A stretch of 64,000 bases of DNA from Pseudobdellovibrionaceae bacterium (GTDB taxonomy: Bacteria; Bdellovibrionota; Bdellovibrionia; Bdellovibrionales; Bdellovibrionaceae): assembly GCA_044359815.1 (NCBI GenBank), contig JBIKLL010000002.1:64001-128000 (forward strand). Direction: 5' to 3'. The notes under the pieces were generated by a model, which saw only the letters and a list, made by a program, of their open reading frames with translations, had not been told where the DNA came from and did not search any database. The number at the start of each line of letters is the position of its first letter. Positions within the stretch are counted from its first letter, which is position 1. Both the position numbers and the translations under genes were made by a program. Of this stretch, positions 18,980 to 28,217 are shown piece after piece.

Positions 18980-19882
18980 TTACCTCTTACTTTCCGAATG
19001 CGAGGCTCTAATCACGCCCCAACGTTTTCTAAAATCAATCCAGTAATCAATGACACCGATCAAAGCAATCACTGGAAAAAAGTTTCCTACTATAAACACA
19101 TAAAACACTGCTCTAAAAAATCCGCCCGTTCTGAGCCATGCTAAAAACCACTCTGACACCGCAATGCCTTGAAAAAAATAAATCGCTGCCACGATGTTAA
19201 ATAAATTGGTCGCGGATATTGCCACATTAGGCGGAATGCCCTTAAAAAAGCTCAAGAAAAAACTGATTAACACCAGAAATATAAAAAAATCTGGCGCTTT
19301 AAATTGTATCAGTTGTTCCTTCATAATGTTTCTGGGATACAAAGTCCCCATAACCTTGCACAAACGCGGGGTCATAATTTCTGCTGTCACTAACGATATT
19401 CCAATCAAAATACATAAAAATGACCACAATTGCTGTGATAAAACAGTGATAGTCATTTCGATGCTCTCGATATTTTTGGGATTATTTGTTGGTAAAAATT
19501 GTTTTACCAATTCACCCACTGTTTGATGCAAATTGCTGCCAATGGATTTAACTCCCAAAAACAGTGACACATAAGCAATCGAACCTAAAACAAGACTGAC
19601 CAGTAATGTATTTATCAAAATACCCATTCTGAATCTAACACTCAGTTCACGGTGCAAATAAACCGCAGCCCACATTACAATCGTAACTCCAGCCAGTGGA
19701 TACAATTTCAAATACAGTAAAAAAGAAGAAATAATTGCGCCAGCAAACAAATATCCAGCGGAACCATAGGTTTCACGTAACAAACGTAAAAAAGGTGTTC
19801 CTAAAAACACAAATACGTTTGTTAAAAACGCTCCTAGTACGGATAAGGTAGCATAATTAAATGCTTCTTTGAGGCTCTTCAT
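18980..19882 (-). CDS. Membrane protein, DUF2232/YybS-like
   Basis: Multiple TM helices, YFFQGIAV and GVIDYWIDFR; typical position upstream of rplI. Confidence 0.75.
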   Translation of the reverse strand: MKSLKEAFNYATLSVLGAFLTNVFVFLGTPFLRLLRETYGSAGYLFAGAIISSFLLYLKLYPLAGVTIVMWAAVYLHRELSVRFRMGILINTLLVSLVLGSIAYVSLFLGVKSIGSNLHQTVGELVKQFLPTNNPKNIESIEMTITVLSQQLWSFLCILIGISLVTAEIMTPRLCKVMGTLYPRNIMKEQLIQFKAPDFFIFLVLISFFLSFFKGIPPNVAISATNLFNIVAAIYFFQGIAVSEWFLAWLRTGGFFRAVFYVFIVGNFFPVIALIGVIDYWIDFRKRWGVIRASHSESKR

Positions 19883-19888
19883 TAAATA

Positions 19889-20329
19889 TTACATTCCTGA
19901 ATGGGCAGCTGCCATTGCTTGTCGTTTAGCAAGAGCTTTAGCTTCACGTTCTTTTTCACGTTGAGCTGTGTCTTGAAGACCCTTTTTGTACGATTCAACA
20001 AATTTTGATAATGGAATCCTGTTGTCCAAGCGTGTGTGCATAAAGCGCAAAACCTTGTCGTTGATTCTCATGATCCTTTCAAGCTCGGTTACAGCGCCAG
20101 AAGAAGCCTGAAATGTAGAGTGAAAATAAATTCCCTTTTTGCTTTTTTCAATGGGGTTCATCAAATTTCTCTTACCCCAAGTTTCCAAAGTATTAATAGA
20201 CCCGCCAAAAGATTTGATAGTGTCTTGGTTTTTTCTGAAAATGTTTTTTTGCTCGTCCAAAGTTGCATCAGGGTGCAAGATCACTACAACTTCATAATTA
20301 TTTAAAACGACTTCGGCGTTTTTGCTCAT
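19889..20329 (-). CDS. rpsF: 30S ribosomal protein S6
   Basis: YEVVVILHP, WGKRNL..PI.K, ELER.MRINDKVLRF. Confidence 0.95.
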   Translation of the reverse strand: MSKNAEVVLNNYEVVVILHPDATLDEQKNIFRKNQDTIKSFGGSINTLETWGKRNLMNPIEKSKKGIYFHSTFQASSGAVTELERIMRINDKVLRFMHTRLDNRIPLSKFVESYKKGLQDTAQREKEREAKALAKRQAMAAAHSGM

Positions 20330-20335
20330 TAGGTT

Positions 20336-20381
20336 TCCTTTCGGTTAAAACCGGTCTTTGTATTGTAAGGCCAGTAAGGAT
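20336..20381 (-). promoter_or_regulatory. S6:S18 ribosomal protein leader (autogenous regulatory RNA structure)
   Basis: Minus strand reads ATCCTT-ACTGGCCTT...AAGACCGGT-TTTAACCG-AAAGGA. UCCUU pairs with the SD, there is an inner stem, and an unpaired CCG sits just 5' of the SD, as in rpsF leaders. Confidence 0.7.
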
Positions 20382-20456
20382 GGTTATTTAATTTGAGGCT
20401 AGTTACCATGGACCAGGACTATTCTCAAGGAACTAATCAGATTATTATTTGATAAT

Positions 20457-21155
20457 ATGGCACTTTTTTTAGAAATCGTAGAGGGCCCAAATAGGGGGTC
20501 ACAACACCGCCTGAAAAGGGGATTTAAGATAGGCAGGACACAGGGTGATATCCAAATCCCTGATCCAAAAATATCCAGTGTTCACGCCGAGATAAGGCAA
20601 TCCGCCGATGGCTTATTGGCCATTCATGACTTGCAGTCTTCCAATGGAATCAGGCTCAACGGTCGTAAAGTAGCCAGTTTAAATCTGATTCCAGGATCTG
20701 TGTTTTCAATAGGAAAAACTGTGGTCCTTGTAGTTGAAAAAGCCCCAACAGGGGCTCCAAAAGTCATCGAAAATACCGTACAAAAAACCTGGATTGAAGA
20801 CCTAAAGATTTTATTAAAAAAATCTAAAATCAGAAATGAAGAATCCAAAGAACGAGTCCATGCATTTAATCCGCCCCTTGTAGTGCAATTTGTGATGGGC
20901 CCACAGGCAGATCATAAAATGATGTTAGGGTTTGGCCCCAGAAAATTTGGATTTGGCTCAATGGATTGCGAATTGCTGGATCCTGCAGCGCCTTTTGAAA
21001 GCTTTGAAATCGTACCCACGGAAACAGGTGCCATGATCAAATCCAATGACAACGCCGTGCTTTTGAATGAAAAAAGTTTTCAACAGGAGTATCTTCGCCC
21101 TGGTGACGAAATTAAAGTTGGGCAAACCGTTATAAGGATACTTGAGCATAAATGA
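20457..21155 (+). CDS. Tandem FHA-domain protein
   Basis: N-terminal FHA with IGR, ISSVHA and DLQSSNG; degenerate C-terminal FHA ending LRPGDEIKVG. Confidence 0.85.
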   Translation: MALFLEIVEGPNRGSQHRLKRGFKIGRTQGDIQIPDPKISSVHAEIRQSADGLLAIHDLQSSNGIRLNGRKVASLNLIPGSVFSIGKTVVLVVEKAPTGAPKVIENTVQKTWIEDLKILLKKSKIRNEESKERVHAFNPPLVVQFVMGPQADHKMMLGFGPRKFGFGSMDCELLDPAAPFESFEIVPTETGAMIKSNDNAVLLNEKSFQQEYLRPGDEIKVGQTVIRILEHK

Positions 21156-22027
21156 CAAAAACAATTCCCGTCCAATCAGGACAATTTAAAAGTTTTGATG
21201 ATTGTTCCATTTTCTACGAAGTCCGCGGCGAAGGTGAACCTGTCGTGTTTATCTATGGTATCGCTTGTTTAATTAATCATTGGCATCATCAACTGGATTA
21301 TTTTTCCAAAGGATACCAAGCAATTTCTTATGATCTGAGGGGACACCACAAAAGTTTTAATAAAAACACCAAAGTTGATTACTCTTTGATGGCCTTGGCA
21401 CATGACCTGCCTTATTTGTTAAGAGAACTGGGATTGAAACAAGCACATTTTGTTGTTCATTCATTTGGTGGACAGATTGCACTGAGGGCCTACGATGAGT
21501 TTCCTGAAATTTTTAAGAGCTTAACTTTGATCAACGGATTTGCGTCAAATCCCATCAAGGGAATGTTTGGATTAAACCTTGCTGAACCATTGTTTCAAAT
21601 TATCAAAGAAATTCATTCTCTGAGTCCCAACGAAATTTCAAAGATTTGGAAAGGCGCTATCGACAATCCATTGTCTATGTGGCTGTCTGGGGTTTTAGGT
21701 GGCTTTAATCTGAAGCTGACTGATTTTAAAGACATTGAGATTTACGCAAAAGGTGTTTCAAATATTTCTCTGGATGTGTTGATTCCATTTTTTGAGGACA
21801 TGATGAAGTACGACGGCACTGCCGCTGCCAAGAAAGTTAATGTTCCCACACTGATAATCAGTGGAGATCGGGATTTAGTGACGCCCATAAAGTTTCAGCA
21901 CAATTTGCATAAAATGATTAAAAACTCGGAGCTGTTTATTGTTCCTTATGGCTCCCATTGCACTCAGCTGGATTTTCCTGAATATACAAATTTTAAAATT
22001 GATAATTTTATAAAAAAAGGCTCGTAG
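21152..22027 (+). CDS. Alpha/beta hydrolase
   Basis: YDLRGH, HSFGG nucleophile elbow, PTLIISGDRD and GSH; ATGA overlap with the FHA gene. Confidence 0.88.
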   Translation: MTKTIPVQSGQFKSFDDCSIFYEVRGEGEPVVFIYGIACLINHWHHQLDYFSKGYQAISYDLRGHHKSFNKNTKVDYSLMALAHDLPYLLRELGLKQAHFVVHSFGGQIALRAYDEFPEIFKSLTLINGFASNPIKGMFGLNLAEPLFQIIKEIHSLSPNEISKIWKGAIDNPLSMWLSGVLGGFNLKLTDFKDIEIYAKGVSNISLDVLIPFFEDMMKYDGTAAAKKVNVPTLIISGDRDLVTPIKFQHNLHKMIKNSELFIVPYGSHCTQLDFPEYTNFKIDNFIKKGS

Positions 22028-22044
22028 TTGTACGAGCCTTTTTT
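22013..22044. terminator. Bidirectional rho-independent terminator
   Basis: AAAAAAGGCTCGTA-GTTG-TACGAGCCTTTTTT between convergent genes. Confidence 0.9.
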
Positions 22045-22064
22045 GAATTGCTTATGATTTTTAT

Positions 22065-23711
22065 TTATCTGAAAGCTATTTTGCTGACATCAAAACCATA
22101 ACCCTGGATTGAATCATCTGAAGTGAAAACTATCTTAACATAGCTTCCTTTAAAAACTGGTGAAAAACTATCATCATTTTCGCCGTGCATTTGTCCTAAT
22201 AAATTTCCGGCCTCGTCATAGAAGCTTACGAAATCATAATTTTTTTCAGTCTGAAATCTGGAAAAATAAATTGAAATTTCAGTAGCTCCTGGTACCGACA
22301 GCTCAAATGTCTGACTGGTTTTAGCTAAGTAAGGATGGGCCGTAGAGGCAACCTGTTCAACGGTTTGCCAGTTGGCTGGATCATTAAGATCAGGCTGTGG
22401 TGCTTGATTCATCAAAGCCGCATAGGCATCAACAATTCCGCCAGACAGTACACGTCTTTTGATTGTGCTGAGGGGCCTAGCTGTGCTGACGATTCTGTTT
22501 TTAATATCAACTGCTGTTAAAGCTGAATCATAGGCCAACATCAACGCTGCTACACCAGAAACATGTGGAGTCGCCATCGAAGTCCCTGACCATGAATCAT
22601 ATTTGCCTTCGTTTACTGAAGAAAACACTTTCACCCCAGGTGCTGCCACGTGAACTGATCTTTTACCGAAGTTGGAAAAATTGGCCAGATCACCTTTGTT
22701 ATCAATAGCTGCTACTGAAATGACGTTTGCAACATCGTAGGACGCTGGATAACCAGGAATAATATCGTTGTTAGATGAATTATTTCCGGCTGCAGCGACA
22801 AACAACGTTCCTGCGGCGTTTGATCGTTCAATGGCTTCTTTCAGTAACTGCGATTCACCGCCACCGCCCCATGAGTTGCTCAAGACCTTTGCGTTCATTT
22901 TGACGGCATAATCAATTGCTTTGATTGCGCCCTCCAAGGTTCCGCTGCCATCACCATTTAAAAATTTAACACCCATGATTTTTACGTTCCAATTAACTCC
23001 TACGATGCCAGCGGCGTCTCCACCTTTTGCACCAATAGTACCTGAACAATGCGATCCATGTCCGTGATCATCAAATGGATCCCCGTCACCGGTGTCGCTT
23101 GAAAAATCATATCCGTGAATGTCATCAACAAAACCATTTCCGTCGTCATCAACACCAGGTTGACCAACAAGTTCAGCAGAATTGGTCCAAACGTTTTCCC
23201 TCAGGTCAGGGTGGTTGTAATCAATCCCTGTATCGATCACTGCTACCAAGACATCGCTTGAACCTGTAGTCAGATCCCAGGCTTTTTCAACATTGATATC
23301 CACACCTTCGGTACCGTTTTGGACTCCATCGGTCTGGCCAACATTTTTTAATCCCCACAATTTTGAATAATCAGGATCATTAGGTACAGCGTTGGTTCTG
23401 TATATATAGTTTGGTTCAACCAGCAAAACATTTTTATTTTGCTTGAGTGCACTCATCGCATAACTGGACAATTCAATCTTAGGTCGCTGAACCACCAAAA
23501 TATTTCTGCCAGGAATGACTGATTTAATCATCGAATTAATTTCAGGTGCAAAAGCCCCAGAAGTTACATTTGTGATTGGCCCCTTAAGCTTCACCAAGTA
23601 TTCACCGGGAACTGCTTCGGGCTCATATTTCGCTATTGCATTTAAAGAAAACAAAACTAAAGCATAGCTCCCCAGTCTTGTCCATTTGATACGTCCTTGT
23701 TGTTTCATCAA
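22065..23711 (-). CDS. Secreted S8 subtilisin-like serine protease with C-terminal CUB-like domain
   Basis: Signal peptide and propeptide; catalytic VIDTG, HGSHCSG, AAAGN and GTSMATPH; C-terminal FQTEKNYD...FTSDDSIQGYGF. Confidence 0.92.
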   Translation of the reverse strand: MMKQQGRIKWTRLGSYALVLFSLNAIAKYEPEAVPGEYLVKLKGPITNVTSGAFAPEINSMIKSVIPGRNILVVQRPKIELSSYAMSALKQNKNVLLVEPNYIYRTNAVPNDPDYSKLWGLKNVGQTDGVQNGTEGVDINVEKAWDLTTGSSDVLVAVIDTGIDYNHPDLRENVWTNSAELVGQPGVDDDGNGFVDDIHGYDFSSDTGDGDPFDDHGHGSHCSGTIGAKGGDAAGIVGVNWNVKIMGVKFLNGDGSGTLEGAIKAIDYAVKMNAKVLSNSWGGGGESQLLKEAIERSNAAGTLFVAAAGNNSSNNDIIPGYPASYDVANVISVAAIDNKGDLANFSNFGKRSVHVAAPGVKVFSSVNEGKYDSWSGTSMATPHVSGVAALMLAYDSALTAVDIKNRIVSTARPLSTIKRRVLSGGIVDAYAALMNQAPQPDLNDPANWQTVEQVASTAHPYLAKTSQTFELSVPGATEISIYFSRFQTEKNYDFVSFYDEAGNLLGQMHGENDDSFSPVFKGSYVKIVFTSDDSIQGYGFDVSKIAFR

Positions 23712-23825
23712 TTCCCTCCATTGGAATTACCTCAAAATCGTATCAACCAAAATTATTCAGGGGCACTAATTAAAGGTCTAGATCAATTCTATTTTTTAAT
23801 AGTAGAAATGATTTTTTAAAATGAA

Positions 23826-24023
23826 CTATGAGACTTTTTTTGACTGTTCAAAGTTAAATGACAGTTGTTCGGGACTTGAGTGTTCTTTTAATTTTTCAGA
23901 AGGGGTCTTTACCTCAACACCATAGGCTTGTTTGATTAAGTATTTGATAAAAGCTTCTTGGGTCGCAGTACTGGATCCAGGTTTAAACCCAGCTTCGCTC
24001 ATAATTTCACCGACTTTTTTCAT
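23826..24023 (-). CDS. Small hypothetical protein with C-terminal QLSFNF motif
   Basis: 65 aa with an AAGGA RBS. Confidence 0.7.
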   Translation of the reverse strand: MKKVGEIMSEAGFKPGSSTATQEAFIKYLIKQAYGVEVKTPSEKLKEHSSPEQLSFNFEQSKKVS

Positions 24024-24199
24024 AACAAGTTCCTTTTTTGTGTATGAAGTTGTCGGATTAATTAGATGAATTCTTGATGAAGAACCAATGAGGACTACTG
24101 TTAAGTAAACCTTAAATGCTGCGTTTAAAGGTTAAAAAAAATTAATATGTTTCAAATCTTTTGCTCCCTAGGTCTGAGCTCTGGTCCTGCTTGCAATGG

Positions 24200-27100
24200 T
24201 TAAAGGGTGTGCTCGGGTGCTCGGCCGTTTGAAAGGTGATCGACTTTTTCGAAAGCCATTTTGATTTCTTTATTTAATTTATGGGTTTTCCTGAATCGCT
24301 CTGTCATCAAGTAAAAACACGGAACTACAAACAAGGTCAAAACTGTAGACAGTAAAACTCCCCCAATGATGGTGATTGCCATGGGTTTAAAAACTTCTGA
24401 TCCATCACCTGTCGCCACAGCTGAGGGAATAGCCGCTGCAATGGTTGCCAGTGAGGTCATTAGGATCGGACGCAATCTGATAGGACAGGCTGTCAACAAG
24501 GCTTCTTTGACAGGCAGATCCTGTTTTTCCCTGACCTGGTTTGTGAATTCCACCAACATAATGGAATTCTTTTTAACAATTCCCATTAAAAGCAAGATTC
24601 CAATCATTGAATAAATATTTAAACTTTGGAAAGTTCCGGCCAGCGCAAACAAAGCCCCCGAGATTGCAAAAGGCAAAGCCATCAAAACCGTGACTGGATC
24701 GATAAATGAATTAAATTGTGAAGCTAAAACCATATAAGAAATAATAAATCCCAAAACTAGAGCTAATAATAAATTACTAAAGGTAGCCTGCATTTCTTTG
24801 GAGCTGCCTTGATTTTTAAAAACATAGCCCTCAGGCAGAATGGCTTTGGCTTTTGTTTCAACAAAGCTCAAAGCATCTTGTTGGGAAACCTTAGGGGCTA
24901 AATTAGCATAAACAGAAATGGCTCTAGATCTATCGACTCTTGAGATCTGTTGCAAACTGTCGCCTTGATCGACTTTTACAACTCTGGATAAAGGCACCAA
25001 GTTCCCTCTGGCATTGCTGATTAATAATTTGTTGATTTCGTCAGTTCTGACGTTTTCTTTTTCCAATTGCAGTCTGATATCATATCGTCGTCCACCGGAT
25101 TCATAATCTCCAACTTTAACCCCACCAATCAGTGAATTAATTGTTTGCCCAATGGATTCAATACTAACCCCATGCATGGCTGCAGAAATTCGATCAGGTT
25201 TTACCTGAACCTCGGGCATACCCATCAGATAATTGGAATCCACATCCACCATCATTTTGCTGTTTTTCATTTCCTCCATGATTTTTTGAGTGCTATCCCA
25301 CAGTGTACCCCAGTCTGCTCCGGTTATCAGAAACTCAATGGGCATGCCTCGCCCCTGGGAAAATCCTCGCATCGATAAATCCTGCATGCGCGCTTTTGCG
25401 TCTTTGATCTTAGAAATTTCTGTGCGCGCATAATTCATAAAGCTTTGCTGTGACATTTTTCTGTCCGCCTTGGGAACTAAGGTCACAAAAAACATTGATG
25501 TATTGCCTTCACCAGCGCCGCCACCAAAACCACCCACAGCCGCGTAGACTTGCTTGATTTCTTTCTGCGAATAAAGCCAGTCCTCAACATCCTTTGTGAC
25601 TTTGTCGGTGTACTGAATGCTGGATCCAACTGGAGTCTGCATGCGAATCAAAAACAAACTTTGATCCTGTGCCGGAGTGAATTCTTTGTTTACAAATTTA
25701 ACCGTAAAAAATGAAAGGACCATAAACACAATAGAGCCAATGACAACTTTGCCTCGGTGGGGCAGCAAAAAAACCAGCCATTTTTTGTATGAAACTTCCA
25801 TGGCACGCATAGAAGCCTCAATCCATCTGCCCAAACGAGTTGTGCGTTCGTGTGAAGCCGTGAAGGATGACGCCCTCATTGGCGTTATCGTCAAAGCTTC
25901 AAGCAACGAAAACAATACAGCCAAGGAAATTGTAACTCCAAATTGTAAAAAGAATTTGCCAATAATGCCCTTCATAAATGCAACTGGTAAAAAGATCGCG
26001 ATAACGGCAACAGTTGCTGCCAATGCCGCGAAGGCAATTTCACGAGTGCCCATAATTGCTGATTCAACCTTGCCCTTTTTTAATTGCTGGTATCTGAAAA
26101 TATTTTCCAAAACCATGATCGCATCATCAACCACGATGCCAATTGCCAGAGTCAAACCCAGCAGTGAAAAAGTATTCAGCGTAAAATTAAAAACATACAT
26201 CCCAATAAAAGCACCCATGATTGAAGTCGGGATGGACAGCAACACATTAAAAGTAGCGCTCCAGCTTCCCAGAAAAAGCAAACACACAATGCTGGTTAAT
26301 AAAATTGCTAACAGTAAATGTTTTTCCAGTTCTTTGATTGAATATTTAATAAATCGGGTTGAATCAAAATTCACTTTCAGTGAAACGCCTTCAGGCAAGC
26401 TCTTTTGAAATTCATTAACAACCTTTGTGACGTTTTCTGCGACTTCGACTGCGTTTGAGCCTCTTTGCTTGACGATTCCCAATCCAATGGCTGATTCACG
26501 GTTAAACCTGGAAATTCTGCGAATGTCATTCAGACCTTCTTCTATGCGAGCGACATCTGAAAGCTTTAACATATTGGTGGGATCTTGAACGGCTAGGCCT
26601 GCACGTTTTGAAATATTGATGGTCCCAAATTCTTGAATTGATTTGGCCTCTCCCATTGTTCGCACATTGTAGGCCTCTTTGCCTTGTTCGATCAATCCAC
26701 CGGGCAGTTCACGGTGTTCGCTCTGAATGGCCGATATAATATCGTTAACAGCAATATTATATCTGTCCAATTTTTCAGGCTGCACCCAAACCCTCAATGC
26801 GGGGTCTACATACCCACCTAAAAAAATCTGTCCTACGCCAGGAACTGTAGTGAATTTATCACGAACAGAATTTCTGGCGTATTTCATTAAAAATTCCGGA
26901 TCATTTTTATTGTAACTGAGCGCTAGCCACATTATCGGCTGATCTTCCGGATTGAATTTTGTAATCACAGCAGGATCAATGTCTTTGGGTAAGCGCCGCT
27001 GAGCTTGAGCCACTTTTGTTTGAACTTCTTGCAGAGCCACATCGATATTTTTATCTAAGTCAAACTCAAGAGTTATCGAAGCTGAACTTTGTTTTGCACT

Positions 27101-27346
27101 AGAGCTGATTGATTTCAAACCTTCAACAGTCATCACTGCGTCTTCAATAGGATCTATCACAGAGGTTTCCATGACTTCTGGTGCGGCTCCTTCCAATGAA
27201 ACTGTCACAGTTAAAACCGGAAAGTCCACATCTGGCATTTGGCTTACGCCCAATCTGGTAAAGCTGATCCAACCAAACAAAATTATAGATGCCATTAGCA
27301 TCCAAGCCAGTACGGGATTTTTAATTGATACGTCTGAAATTCTCAT
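24200..27346 (-). CDS. RND efflux transporter permease (AcrB/AcrD/AcrF family)
   Basis: PDVDFP, GIVVDDAI (TM4), GIVKKNSI (TM10) and RLRPILMTS (TM11). Start at ATG 27346. Confidence 0.95.
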   Translation of the reverse strand: MRISDVSIKNPVLAWMLMASIILFGWISFTRLGVSQMPDVDFPVLTVTVSLEGAAPEVMETSVIDPIEDAVMTVEGLKSISSSAKQSSASITLEFDLDKNIDVALQEVQTKVAQAQRRLPKDIDPAVITKFNPEDQPIMWLALSYNKNDPEFLMKYARNSVRDKFTTVPGVGQIFLGGYVDPALRVWVQPEKLDRYNIAVNDIISAIQSEHRELPGGLIEQGKEAYNVRTMGEAKSIQEFGTINISKRAGLAVQDPTNMLKLSDVARIEEGLNDIRRISRFNRESAIGLGIVKQRGSNAVEVAENVTKVVNEFQKSLPEGVSLKVNFDSTRFIKYSIKELEKHLLLAILLTSIVCLLFLGSWSATFNVLLSIPTSIMGAFIGMYVFNFTLNTFSLLGLTLAIGIVVDDAIMVLENIFRYQQLKKGKVESAIMGTREIAFAALAATVAVIAIFLPVAFMKGIIGKFFLQFGVTISLAVLFSLLEALTITPMRASSFTASHERTTRLGRWIEASMRAMEVSYKKWLVFLLPHRGKVVIGSIVFMVLSFFTVKFVNKEFTPAQDQSLFLIRMQTPVGSSIQYTDKVTKDVEDWLYSQKEIKQVYAAVGGFGGGAGEGNTSMFFVTLVPKADRKMSQQSFMNYARTEISKIKDAKARMQDLSMRGFSQGRGMPIEFLITGADWGTLWDSTQKIMEEMKNSKMMVDVDSNYLMGMPEVQVKPDRISAAMHGVSIESIGQTINSLIGGVKVGDYESGGRRYDIRLQLEKENVRTDEINKLLISNARGNLVPLSRVVKVDQGDSLQQISRVDRSRAISVYANLAPKVSQQDALSFVETKAKAILPEGYVFKNQGSSKEMQATFSNLLLALVLGFIISYMVLASQFNSFIDPVTVLMALPFAISGALFALAGTFQSLNIYSMIGILLLMGIVKKNSIMLVEFTNQVREKQDLPVKEALLTACPIRLRPILMTSLATIAAAIPSAVATGDGSEVFKPMAITIIGGVLLSTVLTLFVVPCFYLMTERFRKTHKLNKEIKMAFEKVDHLSNGRAPEHTL

Positions 27347-27413
27347 AGAAGAATGCTTCCTTGAATTAGCTTTGTTGACAAGCTCTAACACCAAAATTAA
27401 TCTTCAGAGCTGG

Positions 27414-28217
27414 ATGAAAAATCTGCTTTCGGTATCATTATTTTGTTTTTCAATTATCAGCTTCGCTTTCGATTTAAATGCAAGAACTGCAGATTCAGTT
27501 TCAATTAAAGTGAATGATTTGAAATCTGCCGGTTCCAGTGCATTGAAAGCCAGTGCCATTAACGAACTTTCCACTCAGAAAATTAACAGCCGACTGGAGT
27601 CCGCCAGTGTAACCCAAGCTGATCTGTTGGTTTTGCAGGATCCTGGGGCAAAACTGAATGAAAATTCCTGGAAGGTTTCAGCCTCAGTTCTGTTACAGAA
27701 AATGAAACCACTAGGTGTTTTTAAGTCTAAAACAGATTTGGTTTTTAATTTTGATTCTTTGGATTCCACCCCAATGCCGGCAATTGAACTGGGTGTCGGC
27801 AGAAATTTAAAATTTAAAAACTATCCTTTTAAAATTTCTGCCTCAGCTCAAGCGGCCTATGCTGTCCAATCAACTCAGACTTATTTTAAAACAGGGTTGT
27901 TGGTTGATAACTCAAGACTGATCATGCAATCAGGGACTGCGGGATTAAATCTGTTACTCAGTAACCCCTGGTTAAACAAAGTTGAATTAGAATTGGGATG
28001 TGGACAGGGAAATTTTAATTATTCCCACCAGGCCAAACAAGATTATGCCAGTTTTAGCGAAGACCTTAAATATACGTTCACTAGTTTGGGCCTGGTTTAT
28101 TCTGTAACAAATTCTTGGGGAGCCTTTTTACGTTTAGAAAATAAAGATCAAACTTCTTCTAGCTCTCTGGCAATCCAGCAGCAAACACAGTCTTTGGGAA
28201 CCAGATTTATATGGTAA
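27414..28217 (+). CDS. Probable outer-membrane beta-barrel protein
   Basis: Signal peptide ending SFA; alternating amphipathic strands; C-terminal aromatic beta-signal SLGTRFIW. Confidence 0.6.
   Translation: MKNLLSVSLFCFSIISFAFDLNARTADSVSIKVNDLKSAGSSALKASAINELSTQKINSRLESASVTQADLLVLQDPGAKLNENSWKVSASVLLQKMKPLGVFKSKTDLVFNFDSLDSTPMPAIELGVGRNLKFKNYPFKISASAQAAYAVQSTQTYFKTGLLVDNSRLIMQSGTAGLNLLLSNPWLNKVELELGCGQGNFNYSHQAKQDYASFSEDLKYTFTSLGLVYSVTNSWGAFLRLENKDQTSSSSLAIQQQTQSLGTRFIW

Noticed and set aside
24109..24134. Hairpin AACCTTAAATGC-T-GCGTTTAAAGGTT after the RND gene
   Set aside because: Imperfect, AT-rich and with a weak U-tract in the needed orientation; too uncertain to call a terminator.
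25677..26408. 243-aa plus-strand ORF
   Set aside because: Fully antisense to the RND permease TM region; a shadow ORF with no recognisable motifs.
27171..27413. Apparent head-to-head overlap of the RND and beta-barrel ORFs
   Set aside because: An artefact of longest-ORF calling; plausible starts are 27346 (-) and 27414 (+).
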